Shown here: piece by piece, positions 40,167 through 52,199 of the stretch
Layout: every line of letters begins with the position of its first letter
How positions within the stretch are numbered: position 1 is the first letter of the stretch
Assembly (NCBI GenBank): GCA_028023455.1
Contig: JAQFVV010000003.1
Span: forward strand, 5,642,001-5,706,000
Length of the DNA: 64,000 bases
Direction: 5' to 3'
Source of the DNA: Epiperipatus broadwayi
Lineage: Eukaryota; Animalia; Onychophora
Program-made: the position numbers and the translations under genes
The notes under the pieces: generated by a model
Databases searched by the model: none
The model's input: the letters and a program-made list of their open reading frames with translations, nothing else
What the model was told of the DNA's origin: nothing

Positions 40167-40940
40167 TTGACAAATTATGAATCTGAACCCAAGCATAAAA
40201 TAAAAGAAATGGAATCTGCAAACTGCATAGTGAAATGAGAAAATTAAGATGCTAAAATGGAGTTAGGTTGGCTGTGTTGCTAAAAGAAATAACAGATGCA
40301 TAATTGAAGACTGAAACTGGATCCCAGGAGATGTTAAGAGGCTGAGAAAAAGACTATAGATTAGATAAGAAAGTTTGTTGGAAAATGAAAGTTCTAGAAA
40401 AACTCAGATTTTCATCCTGTAGTGGATCAATAATATATATACACACACACAACTTAATATTTAATATAGAAGATATCAAACATTTAATTAATATTTTTAA
40501 TATTTTGTATATTTACTGATATTGTATGCTAATATCAATTTAATTATATATGTTGAGAGATAGTTTACGCAAGTAAAAGAAAAAATTAAAACTGACTTTG
40601 TAAAAGTTTTCAATCATAGAAAGAAGTTTTTGACAGTTAGAACAAAATGCAAGAGATTAATTTTTTTTTCGTTCAATCAATCTTTTTAAAGACTTGTAGC
40701 AACTTGATCCACCTTGTTCTGACCATGAAAAATTCTCCCTATCATTGAGACTTCAAAAAGTTGTTTCCCAAAATCTATTTTAATTTTACATATATGTAAA
40801 CAGATTAAAAAATTATAAATAAAAATTTTAATAAAATGAAATGTGTATTTTTATATTGAATCACAGTAGTGGTTAAGTGTGTCATATTATCCTACTGACA
40901 AAAACTTAACAACCATCGATGTTAATGTCCATCCATACTT

Positions 40941-41373
40941 TAACAGTTATGAATGAGCATAGGAGATAGTGATCATGTAATGTTTAAAGGTTTAATACCA
41001 ATCCTGCCTAATAGGAAGATGGTGGATATGGTTATAAAAGAACCAAAGACACCAAAATGTATGGGTGCTGAACTGAGTTCAGACGCATATGACTATATAA
41101 GCTACTGAGCTTAGATTGAAAATATTTGTGTGTTTTCAATTTTATTTTCATAGTTTTGTAGTTAAGTAGAGATAAAAGGTGACTGCTGGAGGGTTGCCTT
41201 AGATCCTAAGATCTAGGTCAGTGCTCTCAGATCCAAGCCAAAAACTAGTTTGGGGATATTGGAAGAGTAGGCACTAGATAGGAATTTTATGCACAAGCCT
41301 TCTGGCATCCATTGATTACACTGTCTTGCTTTGAGTGGCACTACTGTATAGAGAGAGTTTTGCCTGTTTTAAA
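40941..41373 (+). mobile_element. Single monomer of the hammerhead repeat family, with the 5' half of the ribozyme deleted
   Basis: Collinear with 35018-35470. It starts AACAGTTATG and ends GCCTGTTTTAAA. Only AAAAC-TA-GTT-TGGGG of the ribozyme remains (~41240-41255). Confidence 0.9.
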
Positions 41374-44046
41374 TATGGATGTTCTTGTAATGCACAATTT
41401 ACCCACCAGGTAAAGCCACAAACAAATGACCAAAGAAAAATCTTATCAATAAAAAATAAAAATGAAATATTTATTATTGAATTTATAGCAAGAAATACAT
41501 TAAATAAAATCATGAAAATAAATAAATTTAGGGAGGAAATACATTATTTACCAACAAAATAAAGTATGTGTATTTAGGTTTCAATTCATATTGAAAAGTA
41601 ATCCATGATACACATTATATCAAATATTGTATTAAATAAAGCAAACCAAAATAATCTACAGCAATAGGTATTTTGAATGAAAGCAATCCATAAAAATGAA
41701 ATGCTAGTGTGAGACCACGTACAAATTCATAAGAAATAAAATTCCAAAAGGCAATTACTTTTACAAAAAGAATTGTTTTAATATATGGAAACAAAAAATA
41801 TTTCTCAGCATTAAAAGTTAAAAAAAAAACAATCAATAAGAAATGAAATATAGGTATAAAGCCAAATGCAAAGCCAAAATTAAATTTCCAAAAAATAATC
41901 CATTTATGAGTTCCAAAATGTCACACAAGATTAGGTCATAATGTATTCTTTCATTCATACAAGTACAATGGGTATAAAACATCTTTCCTGACTAAACTAG
42001 TTGACTAATGCTCTTTTCATGGACATCATAAAACTGGAGTAAATTCTCCCTTCACATTTTTTTCTCCTGCATGGAAGAATTGCAATGGCTATAAGACTTC
42101 ATCCATAATGGCATAATCATCAAAGATATTGTTGCATTTTACTTGGCAATAAAATTTCCTCATTAACATTTATTTAAAATAACACAAAAGGAAAAGCTAT
42201 GGCATCTGACAAAGTGTGTTCTCATGAGTATTCTCATAATATTGCCATCCAATAGTATGGTGTGAAAATAATGAAACATGAAACTTATGGTTGTCTACGA
42301 ATTTAAAAAGTGTATATTTTTTTCTTGGACATTTTATGTTATATATGTTTTTCATTTTTCCCCTAAATAAAAATTGTTTCTTGGCTGTTATTGGCATTTC
42401 ACTTTTGATGGGCTGCTTAAATTAATTTCAGCAATATAATTTGCATCTAATTTCAATCCTGCTTTTTATTTGTTATCAACTGTTTTCATTTAAAATACTT
42501 ATTGCCATGGGTTATTTTTAATAGCTTTTATTTAAGACTTTTGTTATAAACTTTATTACAGATTGTCATCTCCACACATATATACAATCAAATTTTGAAT
42601 TCAAACCTCCTATATATTACATATAGAAGTGCAGGTATGAAAAGCCTATACTGTAGGGGGGGAATCATATTTATTACGGATTGCTTTTTAATATGAAACA
42701 AAACTCTAAATCCATGTATTTAATTTCTTTGTTAAGTTAATCTCATTGATAAATATAATATTTTCATGATTTGATTTAATACATTTCGTGCCATAGTCCG
42801 ATAATATATATTATGTCTTATTGATAAGGTGTTTTTTTTTATCATTCTTATGTATTATGTGTTCGGTAGATATCTGGAAAATGCATTTAAGTGCACTTGT
42901 TTTTTACTTGATATCTTTTTTCAATAATGTATACATTGATATATCAAAATATTTTTTAAGTAAATACAATACTGTATTTAAGATTTTTAATCTTTAATGA
43001 ATTATAAATAGATGCGTCTGTAATCATTAATTTATTTGAACAGTGAACTAATCCAACTAAAATGTTACGCATAAGATTTTTTTTTCTAGTAACAGTACGT
43101 TGATTAAAACCAAGTTTCTTTTAAAGAAAATGATTTTAAATACAATGCCTTAGAAAATGTTAATCTATAAAATGTCAAACCAAAGATGAAATAGGAAAAT
43201 GACTTTTTTCCCCCAATAACTGATAGTTATATCTGTAATTTGTTTTATCAGACCGCTTTTATTTTATAACAAACAAATAAATAAATAATTTCTTTATTAA
43301 TTTTGTAAAATATTAATAAACAATAATTTAAAATTAAGATGAATTAATAAAATGTTTTAATATACATACTCATAAATATATAATTGTTCACATTCCGAAT
43401 GCCTTTATAATTAAAACAAACACTCTATCTCACTTTCTTGCAACATATGAATAAATGATACCTAAAAAACAAAATCGTGTTCATTTATAATTATAAAATA
43501 ATATATAGGGTACATGAGCACAGACTTTCACATGACCCACCATTCGCCACTCTATCTCATATCACTGATACATATATTAATCCTTAGCGGAGATTTAACG
43601 TTTATATTTGGATAGAAGATAATTTCTAATTTAGCCTAGAATATTATTTATATTAAGTAAATTTTACCTAGTTTATTCTAAAATATGAAAGATGATATGC
43701 AAACTATTAGAGTATATTTGTGTATGTGTTTATTGACAGCGCCATATTCATCATTTTCAAACATTATCAATCCACTGCAGAAATGAATGACTCTACAAGT
43801 TTAATCCATAACACACCAAAAAACTTCGTATTCATAATCCAGTTTATATATGTTCTCTTTCTAAGTCTTATACAATCTCCTGGGATACAATATTTAAAAC
43901 ATCAACTGTCCGTCTATTATCATTTCTTCTTGCAATATGTTTAGCCTGACTTCATTTCAATGATATCAGTAATATCTGTTTGTTTTCTTAACTATATATT
44001 TCATTTGTGATTTCTTCTTGTTATTTCTAATAAACTCTTGATACTT

Positions 44047-44143
44047 GTCAAGCGTTGGTGGCCTAGTGGTTAGCATAGCTCCTTTCCAAGCAGCTAGTCC
44101 AGGTTCACTTCTCAGTTGGTCAACCATTTGATATATTAAAAAA
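44047..44143 (+). mobile_element. tRNA-Gly(TCC)-derived retroposon inserted in the RTE, with a 15-bp TSD
   Basis: (T)GTCAA-GCGTTGGTGGCCTAGTGGTTAGCATAGC...TTCCAAGCAG...-TTTGATATATT-poly(A). Perfect TSD AAACTCTTGATACTT at 44032-44046 and 44144-44158. Confidence 0.9.
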
Positions 44144-44603
44144 AAACTCTTGATACTTCATTTAAAGGTCTTAAGTATGTACCATCTTTTAGAAAATATT
44201 CAAGTCTCACATCCATAAGTAGAAACTAGTAAGATATCTTTATTAAAATTCTTCTCAGTACATAGGCATTTTTTCTTTTAATATTAAGTTATTTCTGCCA
44301 AAAGTACTCCATTCATGTTTAATATTAGGATTAAAAATACATCCATTACGTTTCCATCTGTAATAATAATCTGATCAAGGAATTTGTAATTATTAACTTC
44401 TAATTTAAGATTATAAATCTTAATTTTCTTTTTCTAAGAAAATCCATTGAATGTTATTTTAGTCCTTTTAGCAAAGTCCTACTTTGTAACCTTCATCTGA
44501 TAACTCTTGCAATATATTCTGAAGTTCTGAGGCATTATTTGCAAAAACAATCACACCATCTGAAAAATCTATATGACTTCAATAGTACTCCTTTAATTTC
44601 CCA

Positions 44604-45297
44604 CCGGCCCGCAACCCCGTTTTATTTGGGCCCTGTAACATTTTCTGATGGTTTTGTTGAGGAAGGTGGATTCAATGCTTTCTTGATGTTTATTTTTCCC
44701 TCTCTATTCTTTTCTCCTCCTCTTTCGCGCCCATAGGAGGTTGAAGTTGGAAAATTTGAATGTTTTTTTTTTGGTTTCCCGTTAGGGTCCCTTCGGTCCC
44801 TCTCCCTCCTCCCTGTCTCTCCTATCTCCATTTCCCCACATATCTCGAAGGCGGGAGTTTCCACAATGTGTGATGAAGTGTGATAAATGATAATTGAACA
44901 AATAAAAAAAACATTTTTTACTATATTATATTTAACTTAAAAAAAAATTTTTTAAATTTTTATAAATTACATTTATTACCAATTCCTTCTTCCCCTTTTA
45001 CTTCTCTCTTTTTTTTTACTATGTTGTAGAAGGTGTTTTTTTTTTTTTATCATTTCATTATAGTTCATTTTTGAGAGACATTTAGAATTTATCCATTATT
45101 ATAATTTTTATTTCTTTTAAAAAAGATTTGGAAATATTTTTTTCCACAATATATTTTATTTTTTTTAAAAAGAATGGAAAATTTTATTCAACAATATTCT
45201 TTTTAATTCTTTATTAGAAAAATAGGAATTTTTAAAATTTTTACTTATAAGAAAAATTAAAATTAATTTTTTTTATAATAAAAAAAAAAAAAAAAAA
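44604..45297 (+). mobile_element. 694-bp unclassified insertion in the RTE RT, ending in A18, no TSD
   Basis: Removing it rejoins the minus-strand frame ELK|WEIKGV. The first ~270 bp are GC- and pyrimidine-rich, the remainder is AT-rich, and the poly(A) lies at 45280-45297. Confidence 0.6.
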
Positions 45298-46278
45298 TTT
45301 CAATTCATAAAATACTTCTTGAAAAACTTCTGTAAAATGTTTTGAGATATGAAATACCCCATTGTACATCATTTTTTATGTTAATCTTCTTAATATTACC
45401 ATATAACATAATCTCTATAGTTACATTTTGATAAATATTTTTTAGAATATGACACTATCCTGGATCTATATCTTGATAATCCAAAGATTTAACCACTGTG
45501 GAAATGCTTATAAAGTCAAATGCACTTTTATAATATAAAATCCAAAGTGTGATGGCAATTCATATTTGTTGGTCCTTTTTATAAGTTCTCCCAATAATTA
45601 AAAATGATTCGATTAACTAAAATCACTTTTAAATCCAACTTGCTCTTTTGATTTGTTAGAATTCAATATTCATCGCAGACAAGTTGCAATTATCTTATAA
45701 AGATTTTTTTGTATAGAACTAATATAAAACTGATAGACTTGTAATTTTTAATATCATCTGGTATATTTTTATCAGATATTTGATATACAGCTTTGTCAAC
45801 AAGTTTTTTTTATTTTTTTACCTGCTTCTTTTAAAATATCAATAATAATTCTATCATTTCCTGGAACTTTTTCATTCTTCTTAGATTTAATTGTTTGTCT
45901 TACCTCTTCATTTAAAATACTTGGCAATTCAGAAGATGTTATAATTATAAAATATATTTTATTTGTTTGTTCTTTATTACTACATAATTATTTATAGAAA
46001 TCTTCTACACATTTTATGATATCTCTGTTTTAGTAATAGTTATATATTTTATTTTTACTGCTGTGATATTGTTTTAGTTTTTAAGATTTATTCTCTTCTG
46101 TAGCTTTCCTTGTAATTCATGAATACATTTTTTTATATCATTAACTCTTTTTCATATTATAATTTTTTTTGCTGGATCATTTAAAACTATTATTCCTTTT
46201 TTATTTATGCATTGTCTTGTTTCAATAAAAAATGTATAAATCCACCAAACATTTGCACCAGCTATTATTAGCAGTAGC

Positions 46279-46502
46279 AAGCTCTTCATACAATAATGGC
46301 ACCCAGTACAAGCCTTAGTAATCAATGGATGCAGTAAGATTTGTTCAAAAAATTCCCATCTAATACCTACTCATCCATATATTGCCTACTAGTCTGGGGA
46401 TATTGCATGAGTAGGCTATAGATGAAAATTTTATGCACAAACCTTACTGCAACCATTGATTACTAAGGCTTGTACTGGGTGGCACTATAGTATGGAGAGT
46501 TT
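46279..46502. mobile_element. Foldback made from the 3' part of the hammerhead repeat family
   Basis: The arms at ~46279-46380 and ~46400-46502 are reverse complements. The direct arm begins with ACTAGTCTGGGG (46388-46399), which is hammerhead stem III, the cleavage site and stem I. Confidence 0.8.
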
Positions 46503-47087
46503 GGTTTCCAGATAGCTGGAATAATACAAGACTAAGGCTACTATTTAAAGGAATGGGTAAGGATCATAGAAGTTAAACAATTATAGACAGCAGTAACATC
46601 AGTGTTATATAAAGTTTTTGCATATATGATGGCTGGAAGGGTTGCAAAGTGGATGGAAAAAAAATAATAGTAGGAGAAATGCAGGGAGGTTTTCAATCAG
46701 ATAGACATATAGGAGATAGTTTGTTTGTAGTCACACAACTTATAGATATGAGTAGAAATACAAATAGACAGTTATATATGGTCTTTATAAATATAAAGAA
46801 GGTATATGATAGAGTAAATAGAAATAGATTATGGGTAAGTTTAATACATTTGGGAATGAATGAAGCTATAGAGGATCTTATTAAGAAATTGTATAAAAAT
46901 AATTACTACATGTATCAATTAGGAAATATAAAATCTGAAAGTTAAAAATTGGGTGAGTCTAAAGCAAGGGTGCCCTATGTGACCTATTTTATTTTTGATA
47001 TACTTGAGAGAAATGGAGAGAGCAATAGAAAGACTAGGAAGAGGGATAGAGATGCCATTAGTAAATGGCAAGGGGTATATATATATA

Positions 47088-47179
<92 letters not shown>

Positions 47180-48504
47180 CAGGTCTTTTATATGCTGATA
47201 TCTTCTTCTGCTCAGAAAGTAGGGAAGGTGTGGAAGTTGTGCTGAAAACATGTGAAAGAGTGAGTAAAGAGATGGGGATTAAATTTAGTGAAGAAATATC
47301 AAAAGTAATGATGACAATTGTTGGGGAAAGAGAAGAGAAATAAATTTTTATTGGGGATATAAAATTAAATGTGGTGAATAAGTATAACTATTTGGGAATC
47401 ATCTTAAATAATCAGAGAAATTGCTTGAATGAATGGGAGAAAAGGGGGATAAATGAAGCAAAGAAAATACAGGAATTGACAAAAAAATTAACAATGCTTT
47501 CATATAATAAATATGATATAGTTATAATTGTATGGGAGGCAGTGGCAGTAGCAGGGTTAATTTATGGTAATGGTGTGTTATGTATTAGTAAAGGGGTATT
47601 AGATTACTTAGAAAAAGTGCACAGAGAAGTAGGAAGACATGCATTAGATACAGATGTGTGGATGGCAAAGGAGGCAATTCAAGAGAAATGGGATGGTCAA
47701 GTTTTTATATGAGAGATGAAAAAAAAAAAGAAAATGTTTGGTAAATTGCAATTTATGGATAATAAGAGAATAGCCAAAATAGTATTTAATTGAGTTATGA
47801 GTAAAAGACAGACATAAAGATGGGTGAGAAAGATAGTATGGTATGCAGAAGATTTGGATAAAGACTTTATGTCAGTATACTTATACAAAAAGTAAAATGA
47901 TTGTGTTAGAAGAATTGGTGAGTGTTATAGTGACAAGAAATGGGATAGAAGAATAGATACATTAATAAAAAATAGGAAATTTGAGAGGTGGAAAACTCAT
48001 ATAGAGAGTAAAAAGAGTTTAAATATATATAGAAATAAACAAAATATTGGCTGTGAGTTAATTTATGATAATAACGAGGAAAGTAGCCTACTGTTTAAGG
48101 CTCGAACAGAATCATTAGCAATGAGAGAATATACAACTAAATGGAAAAATATGTGTGATTTAGTCTGCAAGTTATATAAGGAAGATATAGAAAATATTAG
48201 GCATCTGTTAATTGAATGTAAATGCCTACAAGTAAAATGAGTACAAATAATGAAATTGTGAGAGAATAAATATAAAGAGATTATACAGAAAGTGGATTCT
48301 TGGTTTTATGTTGGGTTTGGGGAAAGATAAGGGGGATTTAGATATAAACACCATACAATTGACAGAAATAATGTTGTGAAAATGGGATGGAGCAGAATAG
48401 AAAAGAATATGGGACAAACTTATGGTGGGGAATGGAAAGGGAAGATAGCTAATAAGTTTCTCCGGGCATAGTAGCTGAGAGATTCCTGATTCTGAGAAAG
48501 AAGA
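46503..48504 (+). pseudogene. 5'-truncated non-LTR retrotransposon (RT and CCHC; RTE-X-like, clade uncertain)
   Basis: PDSWNNTRLRLLFKG, MQGGF, FINIKKVYDRVNR, LKQGCPM, LLYADI, YNYLG, LLFKART, C..L....ENIRHLLIEC. Ends in an AAG-rich tail. Confidence 0.85.
47076..47176. repeat. (TA)n microsatellite (~100 bp) inside the RT remnant
   Basis: Direct reading; one interruption. Confidence 0.99.
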
Positions 48505-50288
48505 AGCCACAGTGTATCACATAAAATCTGGATTATCTTCAAAGTTTATTAAAATTATTAAATGATTTTCAAGTTCTAATGTAAATTCACTAGAGTGCTT
48601 CTGAAGGTTATGAATATCAACTATTAATGTCATGTTTCTTAATAGTTTTCACCTTTCTAGTCTTAACATTGACACATATCCTACATTCTACTAATTGATA
48701 ACTTTCTGTGTTGAATCTATAGTTAAAATATAATTCAATTCTATTGTATCTTTATTTAGATATTGGCATTTTGATTTAGCTCCCCCCCCCCTTTTCAAAA
48801 TAAAAAAGAATTCATAAAAATATTTTTTTTTCCTGAAAATTCAACAAATTTGCATCCTTTCTCATTTTTATCACTATAATCAAATTTACCTACAAAACTT
48901 TTATCTTTTAATGATTCACCACTTTTAGCATTGATGTCTTCTATAATAATTTTTAAATGTTATCTTTGTCTGGTCAAAAGCCTTTTGTATGCCATATAAA
49001 AATTCTTTACTTTTTCATCACAATGGGAACTTGTTGGACATAAATCTGAATTATCTGCATTTAGTATCTTCCATTAAGTGGAATAACTATTCTTGCCACT
49101 CTGTATGATGCACCAACAATCTCCATAATGTTGTTCTTTAATTTTATATATATACTAAATCTCTACCCTACCTGTGCTTTCAATACTTGTATCTATATAA
49201 GAAAACACATATCCACTTTTCTAATCAATTATCTCTTCAACTTTTTTCTAACTTCACAAAGTCCAACAAAATATCATTAAATATTAAACATCCTTTTCAA
49301 TTCATGCAATCGTCCTTCACTTAAAAGTGAGATGTAGTAGTAAATATCTAAATGAGAGATCAAACTGCAGACTGGGTCTACAATCAGAGTATTCTTAGCA
49401 CTCTCCATCTTTGGCTGTGAACTGCTGTTTTGGTTGGTAACTGCCTTCCAGAGAAATAGAAGCCACAATTTACTTTTCTCTGTCATGATCGTAAATATCT
49501 ATTTAAAAATCATTTCACACACATTCATCATGTTGTCAAAAAAACTTAATTGATATTTTTTTGTTGAAAACTGTCCAAAAACTGAGAAGAAAGATCATGA
49601 TGTTTTTGATTTTAAATTCAGATGCTAAAATCCACTAAATTCATTTTCCTAGCTGATGCGCATTTAAAAATAGAGCATTCATGTTCCTTTACTACATGTA
49701 TAATTGCATAATAATAACAGCTATAATGACAACAATGCACAGAGTATGTATTACGAATTTACCTGCTTGATTTCTTTAAGGTCTCAAGAGAAACCAGAAT
49801 CTCTTTTCTGTTAATAGAAAACTCCTTTCTGTGGGATAAAGCTCAATATATCAAAAATTGAATATCTTAATAGTAAAGAACATATTCTTCGCAAATATAA
49901 ATAAACAAAATCTATGGCAAATTACACATATAAGGTTCTCAGCACTTGTTATAATGGTAATCCTTTTCATCAATTGTGTCATGTTTTAATACCATTAATC
50001 AGAAAGTGAACAGGCTTGAATACTATTTATATTATAGAGATTTTACTTTATTAAGTTTTAAAAATAAATTATGTACCATAAGAATACATTTGTACATGTT
50101 ACTGAAAATGTAAAGCACAATATATCAATAATTGTAAATTTTTAAAAGTAAATACATTTTTTTACAAACATCTATATATAAAATCTATATAAACCATGAA
50201 AAATATACAATGGTTATTTGCTCACACATGTATATATATATATTGAGATGGTTATGGGTCTCATGGCATACAACATAGTAGTGTGTGC

Positions 50289-50326
<38 letters not shown>

Positions 50327-52199
50327 TGAAGCAGTCAATCTTAGCCTAAGATTGAGCTTCATGTTTCCATCTACTAACCTATGTTTAAATCCCTATTTCC
50401 CATCCCGCTCCTTTTGTCGTGTATATATATTTCATGTATATATTTGAGATGCGCGCCTAAATTATAAAATTTAATGTTTCAATAACATGTTTTAAAATTA
50501 TTATTAATTTTTTTTATTAATTATTAGTTCTTTTTTATTAAAGTATTATAGATGCGGCTCAAATATATATATAGGGGCAAAACTTACTAACAAAATATTG
50601 ATGTTTTTAAATATTTATTATATGTCATTTTTAGCTTTTTCTTTTTAAATTGCTTGTTTTTCTATTAAAATGTATATTTTTTATAAAATCCAATATGGAA
50701 GATGTGACTGTTGTTAATTGTCCAAAAATAATTAAAGGGAGGTATTTTTTTAATTAAAGTTTTACTTAAAATAAATGGGATTAAGTAGATTAAAGATTTT
50801 CTTTTGTATAAAACATGTTGTCAAATCTATTTCTAATCTGGAAATAGATTTGAATTTATTTTTGGACATTATCTTACAATTGTATCTTTCAAAACAACTG
50901 ATAAAAGAAAAAGTATAAAATGACTGAATTTTGGATCACAGAGATTTAGTGAAAATGATTGTTAACATTGCGGGGAAACTTAAAATGATATAGCAGTAAA
51001 TCCACCACTCTTCAGCGGCCTCTGCTGCTACCATAATATCCTGCTGCCTTGATATGAAGAAAGGTCTAAAAAAGAACTTTAGAATGCTAATAGAAGTTTT
51101 CTGCCACCGAAGAACTTGCATTTCAGTTGCCGTGCACATGCTGTATTAAATTGGACTCTTAAAATTGCAAGGTAACTTTTATGCTACTGTGTGAAAATGA
51201 ATCTAGCCTCACTAATCTCAAATCCTGCTATCAAGATTCTAATGTATTGTTCAATTTTCTATTTTTTAAATTAATATGTTTTTTTTAATATAAATAACAT
51301 GTAATTTTCTCTTAAATAATTTATATAAATTTAATTCTCTCTCATATGCTCTTAACTTTCTTTAACTTTGGTGCGGTCATTTATTTATATGTATTTATTA
51401 TTTGATTTATATATCTGTTATTGATATGCCAATTTCAAACAATCTGATGAGCTTAATTTATAAAAATCTTTTCTGTCATTTTTAACTAAACCTTCATGAA
51501 AAGGTTATTAACGTCCCCTTTAAATATACATATATAATGCATTGTAAATTAATATGTTCCCCAGATTATTTTATGAATCAACATTTTAGGTTCATTTTTA
51601 ATATAAAAATTGATTTGTTTAACTCTGAAAATCCAGAACTCAAACTAATTAATGCTCTGAAACATTTATTTTATAATTATTTATTAAATTCTGAAAAGGT
51701 GACTTATAATTATTTTCTATAACTGCCAGTCTTCTTATATTTTCCATACTCTTAAAATTTCAAATCTTGTATTTAAATATTTCAGTTATTGCAAAATCAA
51801 TGAAGGTGGGGTTGATTTATTTTAAATAATGGAAAAGGGAAGGGGGTAAATCTTAATGTTTCTTTTACTAAATCAAATCTTAATGTATATTTTATTAATT
51901 TGAAATCTAAATCTTAATGTTTCTTTTGCTATATAAAATCTTCAAGTATATTGTTAGTAAATGAAATCTAAATTTCTCTATTGTAACGGAATAAAATATG
52001 CCATCACATTATTTTAAAATTAAAATAAAAGATCATAAATAAAAATTGATTTATTAAAAAGAAAAAAAACTTTACTTAAAAACTGTTTAACGTATATATA
52101 TATCACATGATGGACAACTTTAAAAACTATTTTAAAAAATAAAAATATTTGAAAGTAATTTTTTTTGTAAAAAAAGTAAAGATATAAAGATTTGATATG

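Larger units (their letters stand above)
43750..49490 (-). mobile_element. RTE-clade LINE (APE and RT), decayed and split by three insertions
   Basis: APE remnants at ~49450-48520 (SLLSEGRLHEL, GLCEVR, IIQIY, DINAK, IELNYIL). RT remnants at ~46270-45300 (KVPGND, EQVGFK, KSAFD) and ~44603-43760 (RFSDGVIVFA, TYGCET, HIARRNDNR, SFLQW). Confidence 0.85.

Noticed and set aside
46919-47343. ORFs with long YIYIYI runs
   Set aside because: These are translations of the (TA)n microsatellite inside a decayed RT.
48502-49467. AGAAGCCACA direct repeat (48502-48511 and 49458-49467) as a TSD around the APE fragment
   Set aside because: The APE part continues in frame and at the expected spacing into the RT part at 46272, so one interrupted RTE is more parsimonious. 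The alternative is not fully excluded.
51444-51480. CTGATGAG
   Set aside because: No GAAA, stem II or stem III follows.
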